Source: Bordetella parapertussis (GTDB lineage Bacteria > Pseudomonadota > Gammaproteobacteria > Burkholderiales > Burkholderiaceae_E). From it: a DNA stretch of 64,000 nt. Made by a program: the position numbers and the translations under genes. The stretch lies in assembly GCA_945883285.1 (NCBI GenBank), contig CAMCXH010000002.1, positions 2,898 through 66,897 on the forward strand, in the 5' to 3' direction. Of the stretch, positions 36,601-45,597 are shown piece after piece. How positions within the stretch are numbered: position 1 is the first letter of the stretch; the number at the start of each line of letters is the position of its first letter. Below the pieces are notes generated by a model. That model was not told the origin of the DNA. It saw only the letters and a list, made by a program, of their open reading frames with translations, and ran no database searches.

Positions 36601-37671
36601 GGTGCCTCGCGACAGGCCGAGCGCTGGCAGGCCAATATTGCTGCGCGTGAAGTCGAGGGTCACCTTGCCTGGATCGACGCGGTCGCCGGCCAGCGAACCG
36701 GCACCATCGAGGGTCAACTCGACAGACTGATCCTGCCGCGCTCGCGCGAATCCGAGGTCGAGTCGGCGCTGTCGGTCACCTCGGCGATGCTGCCCGGGCT
36801 GAAACTGGTGGTGAACGACCTGATGCTGGGCAGCGTGCCGCTTGGCCGGGTCGAGCTCGATGCGACCAACCGCGGCACGGCGGCCAAGCCGGTCTGGGAC
36901 ATCGATCGGCTCACGCTCGACAACAGCGACGCACGGCTTGCAGGTCGTGGCACCTGGGCGATGACCCCCCCGGGGACCACGGCTGCCGCCCCGGACGATG
37001 CAATGCGCGGCACGACGCTCGACTTTTCACTCGAGATCCTCGATGCCGGAAGACTGCTGACTCGGGTCGGTCTCAAGGACGCGCTCAAGGGCGGCAGCGG
37101 CACCTTCGGCGGCACGGTGCAGTGGCGGGGTGCGCCCTTCGACATCGATGTTCGGTCACTGTCGGGCGACCTGCAGCTCAGCCTGGGAGAAGGCGCGTTT
37201 CTGCGGGTTGACCCCGGGATGGCCAAGCTGATCGGCGTCCTCAGTCTGAGCGCCTTGCCCAAGCGCCTGTCGGGCGATTTTCGCGATGTCTTCGGCGATG
37301 GGTTTGCCTTCGACACGATCAGGGGCGGCGTCGCGATCGACCAGGGCATCGCCCGGACTGATGACCTGACCATGCGCGGCAGTCAGGCGATCGTGACCCT
37401 GCGGGGTGAGGCCGACCTGGGCCAGGAAACCCAGCGGCTTCGCGTCGAAGTGGTTCCTGAGGTCAATGCCGGACTGGCGGCGGTCGCGCTGGGTGCCATG
37501 ATCAACCCGGTCGTGGGTCTGGGCACGTTTGCCGCGCAGTACGTGCTGCGCGGGCCGCTTCAGCAGGCGCTTGCGGTCGATGTCGACATCGACGGCAGCT
37601 GGGCCGATCCCGAAGTTCGAGAAAGAAGTCGTCGCGTTCCTGACAACCCTGCCCGGGAACCGTTGCAATAA
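33646..37671 (+). CDS. yhdP: YhdP-family (AsmA-like, TIGR02099-type) large envelope protein
   Basis: About 1340 aa. N-terminal TM anchor (LLATLAIVLTCLSAASY), long beta-rich body, and conserved C-terminal region. glnE-adjacent synteny. Confidence 0.85.
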   Translation: MTTPQSSPFARWGGLLATLAIVLTCLSAASYASVRYLVWPRLDAWRPQIATLLESRIGHPVSIGALHPGWQGFSPTLSIDDLSLASAAGELHLSLAQAHGSLDIRSLLRGAPRFSQLRLERPVVVIERLPGKRIMVAGRILDDSNAAVQAAIAWLLVQEGLTVHDLSVRFVDRTGELASRQLEGVDLELRNQGLHHQMLALLERPSDGLEGLRAVLDFRRPDHAAAGNWNRWQGDAYLALTGLALGSVDSMAVALNPDLPKALASASGLFDQLAWARFDKGALTEATAKLQASRIAVDLDAARLALQSLSAQAHLLPRADGGYQLRLAQLSATDGQGFSIATSDDAEIALDARGRVQAARALLAPIDLGAALEALRRQALAPPLAQRLRPWQGAGSLRDLDLRWGARPDGSSGLEAAASFEALALRHRGAGSGADQRGANAPGVSRLSGSLRFSPEGGKVMLQSRDATLHAPAAMAMAPIEFDRLEGEIGWTRAIEAGRPTMIVSMPSLRFSNVDAAGEVRADWREQPRGPGRLALSGMLDRLDARKVARYLPRPLPESLRSWLGDALLGGRAEQVGFSLEGDLRDFPFRQPEQGHFRVAARLSDVTLAFLPDWPSIDQINATLTIDRVAVLIDAQSGRMGKLHLSEVSTRIGDYSAAVVKIDGRVLGAARDMLGVIEASPIASAIPASAHNLEVSGNAVLALSLSVPLADADRTSLAGHLELPGNDILFDDTLAEFKGLHGSLIFNERSLEQADLRASFLGGPIRIQAHSPESGHVLVEASGNIDATGLRQVVDNALTRRIEGGTAYLAKLDIGSQGSTLQLDSDLVGVISSLPAPFAKRAEETWPLRLESRPIAVPTQVPTQVGRSSKPESPGDHIDLTLGKAVTISVERERDAAGERLMIRRGGVGIGAEPVLRDTGLSVLVRGRELDLDVWRNLLSDSELDRMRKSSAGSFPSGMSIVPEYVSLVVDNLRIGGQRLHDVVFGASRQAERWQANIAAREVEGHLAWIDAVAGQRTGTIEGQLDRLILPRSRESEVESALSVTSAMLPGLKLVVNDLMLGSVPLGRVELDATNRGTAAKPVWDIDRLTLDNSDARLAGRGTWAMTPPGTTAAAPDDAMRGTTLDFSLEILDAGRLLTRVGLKDALKGGSGTFGGTVQWRGAPFDIDVRSLSGDLQLSLGEGAFLRVDPGMAKLIGVLSLSALPKRLSGDFRDVFGDGFAFDTIRGGVAIDQGIARTDDLTMRGSQAIVTLRGEADLGQETQRLRVEVVPEVNAGLAAVALGAMINPVVGLGTFAAQYVLRGPLQQALAVDVDIDGSWADPEVRERSRRVPDNPAREPLQ
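36214..36237 (+). repeat. 12-bp in-frame tandem duplication (gtgccgactcag x2), encoding VPTQVPTQ
   Basis: Read directly inside yhdP. Confidence 0.9.
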
Positions 37672-37695
37672 TCTGCCATTCAGCCGGAGATCCGC

Positions 37696-38529
37696 ATGAC
37701 TGCCGCCGCCACATCCCCCAGCCTCCCGATCGCAGCGATTCAGATGGTCTCGACCGCCACGGTCGAGACCAACCTCGAGACCGCCGCCAGGCTGATTCGC
37801 CAGGCTGCCGAGGGCGGCGCCAGGCTGGTCGTGCTGCCCGAGTTTTTTTGCCTTCTCGGGCGCAAGGACACTGACAAGGTCGACATCCGCGAGCCGGCCA
37901 ACGATGGCCCGATCCAGCGCTTTCTGGCCGATGTAGCCCGCGAAGCGGGCGTCTGGCTGATCGGCGGCACGGTTCCGATCGCCTCGCGCGAGCCGCGCCG
38001 AATCTTGAACACCTGTCTGATGCATCGTCCCGACGGCTCGCTCGCCGCCCGCTACGACAAGATTCATCTCTTCGGTTTCCGTCGGGGTGAAGACCGTTTT
38101 GACGAGTCGGCCACGATCATGCCGGGCCGCACGCCGGTGGTCTGCGATCTGGTTGAGGCACAGGCCTCATGGCGCATCGGCCTGTCGGTCTGCTATGACC
38201 TGCGCTTTCCCGAGTATTACCGGGCGCTCGGCACGGTCGATCTGATCGTCGTGCCCTCGGCCTTCACCTATGTCACCGGTCAAGCTCACTGGGAAATCCT
38301 GCTGCGAGCGCGAGCGATCGAAAACCAGTGCTATGTGCTGGCGCCGGCGCAGGGCGGCCGACACGAAAATGGCCGGCGCACCTGGGGTGACACCATGCTG
38401 ATCGACCCCTGGGGCGAGGTGCTTGCCCGGCTGCCCGAAGGCGAAGGCGTGGTGGCCGGCACCCTGTCGGCGGCCCGCATCGCCGAGGTTCGCGCACAGT
38501 TGCCGGCGCTTGCCCACCGTACGCTGTAA
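37696..38529 (+). CDS. Carbon-nitrogen hydrolase (nitrilase superfamily, omega-amidase-like)
   Basis: LVVLPEFF (Glu), YDKIHLF (Lys), GLSVCYDLRFPE (Cys) catalytic triad contexts. Confidence 0.88.
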   Translation: MTAAATSPSLPIAAIQMVSTATVETNLETAARLIRQAAEGGARLVVLPEFFCLLGRKDTDKVDIREPANDGPIQRFLADVAREAGVWLIGGTVPIASREPRRILNTCLMHRPDGSLAARYDKIHLFGFRRGEDRFDESATIMPGRTPVVCDLVEAQASWRIGLSVCYDLRFPEYYRALGTVDLIVVPSAFTYVTGQAHWEILLRARAIENQCYVLAPAQGGRHENGRRTWGDTMLIDPWGEVLARLPEGEGVVAGTLSAARIAEVRAQLPALAHRTL

Positions 38530-38606
38530 TCCAGACCCTGTTCGCTCGCCAGGCTCAGCCTGCGCAAACCCCTTGCAGACCACCCGCCTGCGTTAGACTG
38601 GATGCC

Positions 38607-40070
38607 ATGAATACCGTCGCCGACCCCGCCTTCAGCCGCCTCGCACAGGCCCGCAGCCTGCTGCTCGAGCCCTATGATCTCGATGAGTCCTGTCTGTCGC
38701 AGGCGCTCGGCGAAGTGTTCCGCCATCGGGTCGACTATGCCGACCTCTACTTCCAGTACACCCGCAGCGAGGGCTGGAGCCTCGATGAGGGCATCGTGAA
38801 GTCCGGCAGCTTCTCGATCGACCAGGGCGTCGGCGTGCGGGCGGTGTCGGGCGACAAGACCGCCTTTGCCTATTCCGATGCGATCGGCATCGATGCGCTG
38901 CTGTCGGCGGCGCGCGCAACGCGCACCATTGCCCGCAGCGGTGCCGGTCGGGTCAAGGTGGCTTCGCAGATGGCTCCGGTGTCCGGGCGCAAGCTCTACG
39001 GCGCGGCCGATCCGATTACCTCGCTCGATGCCGCGGCCAAGGTCGATCTCCTGCATCGCGTCGAAAAGCTCGCTCGCGCCAAAGACCCTCGCGTCGTGCA
39101 GGTGATGGCGGGTCTGGCGGCTGAATGGGATGTGGTGCTGGTAGCCCGGTCCGATGGCGTCATCGCGGCCGATGTCCGCCCGCTGGTACGCGTCTCGGTC
39201 ACCGTGATCGCCGAGAGCGGCGGTCGTCGCGAGCAGGGCAGCAGTGGCGGTGGCGGCCGATTCGACTTCGCCTATTTCACCGATGCCATGCTTGAGCGCT
39301 ATGTCGATCAGGCGGTGCATGCCGCCCTGACCAACCTCGAATCGCGGCCGGCGCCAGGCGGTGTCATGACCGTCGTCCTTGGCCCCGGCTGGCCCGGTGT
39401 CCTGTTGCATGAAGCCATCGGCCATGGCCTTGAGGGCGACTTCAATCGCAAGGGCTCATCGGCCTTTGCCGGCCGGCTCGGCGAGCGCGTGGCCGCGCCC
39501 GGTGTCACTGTGGTCGACGACGGCACCATCGCCGATCGGCGCGGCTCGCTCAACATCGATGACGAAGGCAATGCCTCGCAGCGCAATGTGCTGATCGAAG
39601 ACGGCATTCTCAAAGCCTATCTTCAGGACAGCCTGAACGCGCGTCTGATGAAGGTGCCGGTCACCGGCAACGGTCGTCGCGAGTCCTATGCCCATCTGCC
39701 GATGCCGCGCATGACCAACACCTACATGCTCGGTGGCGATCGCGACCCCCAGGAGATCATCGGCTCGATCGAGCGCGGTCTTTATGCAGTCAATTTCGGT
39801 GGCGGTCAGGTCGACATCACCAATGGCAAGTTCGTGTTCTCGGCGAGCGAGGCCTACTGGGTCGAAAACGGCAAGATCCAGTATCCGGTCAAGGGCGCGA
39901 CCATCATTGGCAACGGCCCCGATGCCCTCACGCGGGTCACCATGATCGGCAACGACATGAGCCTCGACAGCGGCGTGGGTGTGTGTGGCAAGGACGGCCA
40001 GAGCGTGCCGGTCGGCGTCGGTCAGCCCACCCTGCGTATCGAGGGGCTCACGGTTGGCGGCACCGCCTGA
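38607..40070 (+). CDS. tldD: Metalloprotease TldD
   Basis: 487 aa. LLHEAIGHGLEGD motif, conserved C-terminal GGQVD...G.F. Confidence 0.93.
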   Translation: MNTVADPAFSRLAQARSLLLEPYDLDESCLSQALGEVFRHRVDYADLYFQYTRSEGWSLDEGIVKSGSFSIDQGVGVRAVSGDKTAFAYSDAIGIDALLSAARATRTIARSGAGRVKVASQMAPVSGRKLYGAADPITSLDAAAKVDLLHRVEKLARAKDPRVVQVMAGLAAEWDVVLVARSDGVIAADVRPLVRVSVTVIAESGGRREQGSSGGGGRFDFAYFTDAMLERYVDQAVHAALTNLESRPAPGGVMTVVLGPGWPGVLLHEAIGHGLEGDFNRKGSSAFAGRLGERVAAPGVTVVDDGTIADRRGSLNIDDEGNASQRNVLIEDGILKAYLQDSLNARLMKVPVTGNGRRESYAHLPMPRMTNTYMLGGDRDPQEIIGSIERGLYAVNFGGGQVDITNGKFVFSASEAYWVENGKIQYPVKGATIIGNGPDALTRVTMIGNDMSLDSGVGVCGKDGQSVPVGVGQPTLRIEGLTVGGTA

Positions 40071-40124
40071 GCGCGTCGCTCTACGGTTGTCCGCCGCGTT
40101 CGCTGCCCGCGCCAGTTGCTCGCT

Positions 40125-41339
40125 GTGAAAGTCGATTTTCTGGTCATCGGTGCCGGTATCGCCGGCGCCTCTACCGCTTTTTTTCTGGCTCCGCACGGCC
40201 GCACACTCGTCATCGAGCGTGAATCGCAGCCGGGGTTTCACAGCACCGGCCGCTCGGCGGCGCTGTTTTCCGAGACCTACGGCACGCCGCAGGTCCGAGC
40301 ACTGTCCCGCGCCAGTCGTCCCTTTTTCGAAGCCTGGCAGCAGGGTTTTTCGCAGGTCCCGATCCTGACGCCCCGCGGCGCCCTGATGGTCGGCACACCC
40401 GGCAGCGATGCCCTGATCGAGACCGAACTCGCTGCCATGAGACGCATCACGCCCGAGGTCAGTCGCCTCCAGGCGGCCGATGTGCTGTCGCGGGTGCCGG
40501 TGCTGCGCGAATCGACCACCGGCGCCGCCATCCTCGAGCCGGATGCCTGCGACATCGACGTGCATGCTCTGCATCAGGGGTTTTTGCGCGGACTGCGTGC
40601 ACGCGGCGGCGAGGTCGTGTGCGATGTGCCGGTCGATGCGATCGAGCGAAGCGCCGGCGGATGGACTGTTCGCAGCGGCGATCGCAGTTGGCAGGCCGCG
40701 GTGCTGGTCAATGCTGCCGGTGCCTGGGCCGACCGGGTGGCGATCATGGCCGGGGTGCGCCCGATCGGGCTGCAGCCCAAGCGGCGCACCGCCTTTACCT
40801 TCACGCCACCACCGGGGCTCGACACACGACACTGGCCGGCGGTGATTGCGCTCGACGAGAGCTGGTATTTCAAGCCCGACGCCGGTGTGCTGCTCGGCTC
40901 GCCCGCCAATGCCGATCCGGTCGATCCGCATGATGTGCAGGCCGAAGAACTCGACGTCGCCACCGCGATCCACCGTATCGAGTCGGCCAGCAGCCTCACC
41001 ATCCGCCGGCCGATCCGCATCTGGGCCGGCCTGCGATCCTTCGTTGCCGATGGCGATCTGGTGGGTGGCCCCGCGCCCGATGATCCGGCCTTTTGCTGGG
41101 TGGCAGCGCAAGGCGGCTATGGCATCCAGACCAGTGCGGCGATGGGCGAGACCTGCGCGGCGCTGGCGCGCGGCGCGCCGGTTCCCGATCATCTGGCCAG
41201 CCACGGCATTCATGCGGCGATGCTCTCGGCGGCCCGGCTGAGTCGGGGCAACTCGCTGCCGCTCAATACACGTCACACCGCACGTCACACCGACAAGCAC
41301 ATCGATCATCAACTCAATGAAACGCGAGGATCCGAATGA
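40125..41339 (+). CDS. FAD-dependent oxidoreductase (DAO / glycine-D-amino-acid oxidase family)
   Basis: VKVDFLVIGAGIAGASTAFFLA dinucleotide fold. GTG 40125 preferred over TTG 40116. Confidence 0.8.
   Translation: MKVDFLVIGAGIAGASTAFFLAPHGRTLVIERESQPGFHSTGRSAALFSETYGTPQVRALSRASRPFFEAWQQGFSQVPILTPRGALMVGTPGSDALIETELAAMRRITPEVSRLQAADVLSRVPVLRESTTGAAILEPDACDIDVHALHQGFLRGLRARGGEVVCDVPVDAIERSAGGWTVRSGDRSWQAAVLVNAAGAWADRVAIMAGVRPIGLQPKRRTAFTFTPPPGLDTRHWPAVIALDESWYFKPDAGVLLGSPANADPVDPHDVQAEELDVATAIHRIESASSLTIRRPIRIWAGLRSFVADGDLVGGPAPDDPAFCWVAAQGGYGIQTSAAMGETCAALARGAPVPDHLASHGIHAAMLSAARLSRGNSLPLNTRHTARHTDKHIDHQLNETRGSE
41269..41292 (+). repeat. 12-bp in-frame tandem duplication (cacgtcacaccg x2)
   Basis: Read directly in the C-terminal tail of the FAD oxidoreductase (…TRHTARHTD…). 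Confidence 0.9.
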
Positions 41340-42778
41340 GAGTCTTCAGCGCGACGCTTGCCACCGAAACCAATACTTTCGCGCCCTTGCCTACCGGTCT
41401 GGCCGCTTTTCGCGACCGCGGTTATTTTCCCGCCGGCAAGCATCCCGACGAGCCTCAGCTCTTTACCGGCCCGCTGTGGGCCGCCCGCCTGCGCGCAAAG
41501 GCGCTTGGCCTGACCCTCATCGAAGGCATGGTGGCCAGCGCGATGCCGGCCGGCATCACCACCCGGGCCGCGCACGAAGCCTTGCGCGCCGAACTCCTCA
41601 ACGACCTGCGTGCCGCCATGCCGGTCGATATCGTCCTGCTCGGCCTGCATGGTGCGATGGTGGCCGACGGCTGTGATGACTGCGAAGGCGACCTGCTCGC
41701 CCGGGTGCGCGAGATCGTCGGCCCCAATGTCGTGATCGGTGCCGAACTCGATCCGCATACCCATCTCACCGATGCCATGGTGCGCCACGCCGATCTGTTG
41801 CTGGCGTTTCGCGAATACCCGCATACCGATGCGATCGAGCGTGGACTCGAGCTGGTCGATCTGTGCGTGGCGACCGCTCGCCGCCAGGTCCGCCCGGTTG
41901 CGGCCGTCTTCGACTGCGAAACCCTCCGTGTCATTCGCACGCCGGTCGAGCCGGCCCGCGGCTTCGTCGATCGCTGCCGTGCGCTCGAAGGCCGGGGCGG
42001 CATCGTCTCGATTTCGGCCATCCATGGCTTTCCGTGGGGTGATGTCGCCGATCTGGGCACCAAGCTCGTCGTCTATGCCGATGGCAACGCCGCGCTGGCC
42101 CGCAGCACCGCCGATCGGCTCGGCAGCGAACTGCGCGCGCTGTGCGATGCCACGCGAACCCGCGGCCTGAGCCTCGATCAGGCGATTGACCAGGCGATCG
42201 CGTCGCCGGCATTTCCGGTGGTGATTGCCGATGGCGCCGACAACGCCGGAGGCGGTGCCCCCAGCGACGCCACCTTCATGCTTCGACGGCTGGTCGAGCG
42301 CGCGATCGACCGTGCCATCATCGGCCCGCTCTGGGACCCGATCGCGGTCGCCCTGGCCTTCGATGCCGGCGAAGGCGCGATGCTGCCCTTGCGCATCGGC
42401 GGCAAGATCGGCCCGGTCTCGGGCGATCCGCTTGATGCAGTCGTGAAGGTCGTGGCGTTGCGCCGCGATGCGGCCATGACCGGCTTGTCGGGCACCCGCG
42501 AGCCGATGGGCGATGCTGCGCTGGTGGCGATCGGTGGTGTCGAGGTGGTGCTCAACAGTCGCCGTACCCAAGGGTTTTCCACCGACATGTTCACGCAGTT
42601 CGGCGTCGATCTGGCGCAGCGTCGCATCGTCGTGACCAAGTCATCGCAGCACTTTTTCGAGTCGTTCTCGAAAGTGGCCGCCCGGGTGATCTATGCCGAT
42701 GGTCCCGGTACGCTGACCAGCGATCTCAGCACCTTGCCTTATGTCAAGGCGCGTCGCGCGGTGGTCGAGTCGTTCTGA
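41336..42778 (+). CDS. M81-family metallopeptidase (MlrC-like)
   Basis: MRVFSATLATETNTF...LHGAMV...; ATGA overlap with the upstream gene. Confidence 0.85.
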   Translation: MRVFSATLATETNTFAPLPTGLAAFRDRGYFPAGKHPDEPQLFTGPLWAARLRAKALGLTLIEGMVASAMPAGITTRAAHEALRAELLNDLRAAMPVDIVLLGLHGAMVADGCDDCEGDLLARVREIVGPNVVIGAELDPHTHLTDAMVRHADLLLAFREYPHTDAIERGLELVDLCVATARRQVRPVAAVFDCETLRVIRTPVEPARGFVDRCRALEGRGGIVSISAIHGFPWGDVADLGTKLVVYADGNAALARSTADRLGSELRALCDATRTRGLSLDQAIDQAIASPAFPVVIADGADNAGGGAPSDATFMLRRLVERAIDRAIIGPLWDPIAVALAFDAGEGAMLPLRIGGKIGPVSGDPLDAVVKVVALRRDAAMTGLSGTREPMGDAALVAIGGVEVVLNSRRTQGFSTDMFTQFGVDLAQRRIVVTKSSQHFFESFSKVAARVIYADGPGTLTSDLSTLPYVKARRAVVESF

Positions 42779-42831
42779 GCGTCTTGGCGGACAGCTTGCA
42801 GCCGATCTCCGAAGCGGCTAGAGTCGCAGCG

Positions 42832-42921
42832 ATGAAGCGCTCCTGCCGATTTTATGCGTTCTGGCTGCACGATGGCTTTCCGGCTTTTGGCGGGATGAGT
42901 CGGGAACGCATTCAAGCTTAG
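42832..42921 (+). promoter_or_regulatory. Candidate 29-codon leader ORF with clustered aromatic codons (MKRSCRFYAFWLHDGFPAFGGMSRERIQA)
   Basis: Hand-translated; too short for the ORF track. Phe-Tyr-Ala-Phe-Trp codons lie at 42850-42864, upstream of a terminator and of the DAHP synthase gene. The SD is weak (agag). Speculative. Confidence 0.25.
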
Positions 42922-42941
42922 AAAGCGCCTCGTCAAACCAA

Positions 42942-42975
42942 CCGCCAGCCTGCAAAGCCTGGCGGTTTTTATTTT
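42942..42975 (+). terminator. Rho-independent terminator-like hairpin plus T-tract
   Basis: CCGCCAG(cc) tgcaaa (gc)CTGGCGG followed by TTTTTATTTT. It lies 164 nt after the M81 peptidase stop and 71 nt before the DAHP synthase start. Confidence 0.6.
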
Positions 42976-43045
42976 CCGGTCTGGTTTTGCCGACGCTTCA
43001 CCGAGGCATTGTCCTCATCAACTTTCTTGCCGCACAGAGGTTTTC

Positions 43046-44116
43046 ATGACTGCCAAGCACGCTACCGACGATGTCAGGATCCGCGAAATGAAGGAGCTGT
43101 CCCCGCCTGCGCATCTGCTGCGCGAATTCCCGCTTCGCGCCCAACCTGCCCAAGTGATCTATGAGTCGCGTCAGGCCATCCACCGCATCCTGCATGGCAT
43201 GGACGACCGAATGCTGGTGATCGTCGGGCCGTGCTCGATCCATGACCCGGTAGCGGCGCTCGAATATGCACGCCTGCTGGTGACCGAGCGCGAGCGCCTG
43301 AAAGATCGTCTCGAGATCGTGATGCGGGTCTATTTCGAAAAGCCCCGCACCACCGTCGGATGGAAAGGCCTGATCAATGATCCCGGGCTTGATGGCAGCT
43401 TCGACATCAACCGCGGTCTGCGCATCGCCCGCGAGATGCTGATCCAGATCAACGAACTCGGCCTGCCTGCCGGCAGCGAGTTCCTCGACATGATCACGCC
43501 CCAGTACATCGCCGATCTGATCGCCTGGGGCGCGATCGGCGCGCGCACCACCGAGTCGCAGGTGCATCGCGAACTGGCCTCGGGCATGTCATGTCCGATC
43601 GGCTTCAAGAACGGCACCGACGGCAACGTCCGGATTGCGCTCGACGCAATCAAGGCAGCCTCGCAGCCGCACCATTTCCTGTCGGTGACCAAGGCCGGGC
43701 ATTCGGCGATCGTTTCGACCAACGGCAACGAGGATTGCCACATCATCCTGCGCGGCGGCGCTGCACCCAACTACGACAACGCCAGCGTCGAGGCTGCCTG
43801 CCGCGAAGCCGGCAAGACCGCGCAGGCATGCCGTCTGATGATCGATGCGAGCCATGGCAACAGCCAGAAAAAGCCGGAAAATCAGCTCGCGGTGACGCGT
43901 GATGTCGTCGCCCAGATGAATGCGGGCGAAATGCGGATCTTCGGCATGATGATCGAAAGCCATCTGGTCGCGGGTCGCCAGGATCTGGTGGCTGGGCAAT
44001 CGCTCACCTACGGGCAGAGCATTACTGACGGCTGCATCGCCTGGGGTGATACCGTGGGTCTGCTGCAGAGCCTGGCCGATGCAGTGACCGCCCGGCGGGT
44101 GGCACTGGCCGACTGA
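43046..44116 (+). CDS. aroG: 3-deoxy-7-phosphoheptulonate (DAHP) synthase, class I
   Basis: 356 aa. DDVRI.E...L..P..L, IVGPCSIHD, KPRTTVGWKGL, GARTTESQVHRE. The isozyme (Phe/Tyr/Trp-sensitive) cannot be determined from sequence. Confidence 0.93.
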   Translation: MTAKHATDDVRIREMKELSPPAHLLREFPLRAQPAQVIYESRQAIHRILHGMDDRMLVIVGPCSIHDPVAALEYARLLVTERERLKDRLEIVMRVYFEKPRTTVGWKGLINDPGLDGSFDINRGLRIAREMLIQINELGLPAGSEFLDMITPQYIADLIAWGAIGARTTESQVHRELASGMSCPIGFKNGTDGNVRIALDAIKAASQPHHFLSVTKAGHSAIVSTNGNEDCHIILRGGAAPNYDNASVEAACREAGKTAQACRLMIDASHGNSQKKPENQLAVTRDVVAQMNAGEMRIFGMMIESHLVAGRQDLVAGQSLTYGQSITDGCIAWGDTVGLLQSLADAVTARRVALAD

Positions 44117-44170
44117 TCCCGTCGGCACGAAGCTCGTGCTATACAGAAACACTCATTTCAAGGTGACGCC

Positions 44171-44773
44171 ATGGATGCTTCATCGGTCGACCCCTCTGCC
44201 AATGGCGCTGCAGCCTCGGGCGCGCCGCGCGTGCCGGGGCGTGAGACACCCCACGAGCGACTGAGCGCCCTGGGGCTTCGCCCGATCGGGCGCGCGAGCG
44301 AATATGCCGACGAAGTCCATGCGCTGATGTCCAAGACGCCGCTGTTTTCCGGGCTTCTGATCGAAGAGACCCGGCGGCTTTGCGGCTTCATGTTCGTCTA
44401 CGAAGCGCCGGTGGGCGTGACGCTCATCAACGAAGGCGACCCCGGCGATTTCATGGTCCTGCTGATGGATGGCATGGTTGATGTCCTGCGGCGCAATCGC
44501 TACAACTTTCCGTCGCGCATCGCGGTGGCTCACGCCGGGCATGCGCTTGGCGAGATGTCGATGTTCGATGGTGAACCGCGCTTCGCTTCTTGTGTCACGC
44601 TCGAGACCAGCCGGGTTGCAGTGCTGACCCGTGAGGCCCTGATGCTGGTCCTTCACGATCAACCCAGACTGGGCAACAAGATCCTGCTCAAGCTGGTGCA
44701 ACTGCTGTCCGATCGCCTGCGCCAGACCAGTGCCAAGCTGGTCTCCTACCTCGAGACCGCCCGCGAAGGCTGA
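44171..44773 (+). CDS. Cyclic-nucleotide-binding domain protein with no recognisable output domain
   Basis: cNMP fold motifs LFSGL..., GDPGDFMVLLMDG, LGEMSMFDGEPRFASC. The true start may be an internal Met. Confidence 0.8.
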   Translation: MDASSVDPSANGAAASGAPRVPGRETPHERLSALGLRPIGRASEYADEVHALMSKTPLFSGLLIEETRRLCGFMFVYEAPVGVTLINEGDPGDFMVLLMDGMVDVLRRNRYNFPSRIAVAHAGHALGEMSMFDGEPRFASCVTLETSRVAVLTREALMLVLHDQPRLGNKILLKLVQLLSDRLRQTSAKLVSYLETAREG

Positions 44774-44793
44774 GATCCTGCGAGCCCGCCCCC

Positions 44794-45597
44794 ATGGCCA
44801 CCGTGCTCCTGATCAATCCCAACACCTCCGCCGGCGTGACCGACCTCATGTCGTCGCTGGTCGCGCCGCAACTCGATTCGACCCTCGACCTTGTGGCGGT
44901 TACCGCCCGATTCGGGGCGTCCTATATTTCGAGCGAAGCCTCCTATGCCATTGCAGCGCATGCACTGCTCGATGCCTGGGCAGCCCATCGGGCGGCGGGC
45001 GGGCATTGCGATGCGGTGCTGGTCGGATGCTTCGGCGATCCCGGGGTGGCTGCGCTGCGCGAGATCGCCGGTGTGCCGGTGATCGGACTGGCCGAGGCAT
45101 CGCTGCGCGAAGCTGCCCGCTACGGGCGCCATGCGATCGTCACCGGTGGTCTGGCCTGGCGCCCGATGCTTCAGCGTTTTGCCGCGGCGCAGGGTCTCGA
45201 TCGCGACCTGGCGGGAGTGCATGTGCTTGAGCGCAGCGGCGCCGAATTGATGGCCGACCCGCAAGCCGCCGAGCGTGATCTTCTGGCCGCGCTGCGCGAG
45301 GCGGCCACCGACGGCGTCGGCGCGCTGGTGCTGGGTGGCGCGGCGCTCGGTGGCATTGCCGCACGCCTGGGCTCGCGCCTGCCGGTGCCGGTCATCGACA
45401 GCGTGCAGGCGGGTGCGCGCGCGGTGAATCAGGCGCTTCGCGCCTCGGGTCTACCAAACCATCAGGAGGCCGCTGCGTCTTCAAGGGCCGAGGCCACAGT
45501 CGCCTGGGGCGGGCTGTCGGACGAACTGCTCGCCGCCCTCACTCGTGGCGTCGACCTTTCTGCCACTGCACATCCGTCCCGCCTTCGTGGCGGTTGA
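44794..45597 (+). CDS. Asp/Glu/hydantoin racemase family protein
   Basis: LLINPNTS..., VLVGCFGDPGVAALRE..PVIGLAEAS. Confidence 0.8.
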   Translation: MATVLLINPNTSAGVTDLMSSLVAPQLDSTLDLVAVTARFGASYISSEASYAIAAHALLDAWAAHRAAGGHCDAVLVGCFGDPGVAALREIAGVPVIGLAEASLREAARYGRHAIVTGGLAWRPMLQRFAAAQGLDRDLAGVHVLERSGAELMADPQAAERDLLAALREAATDGVGALVLGGAALGGIAARLGSRLPVPVIDSVQAGARAVNQALRASGLPNHQEAAASSRAEATVAWGGLSDELLAALTRGVDLSATAHPSRLRGG

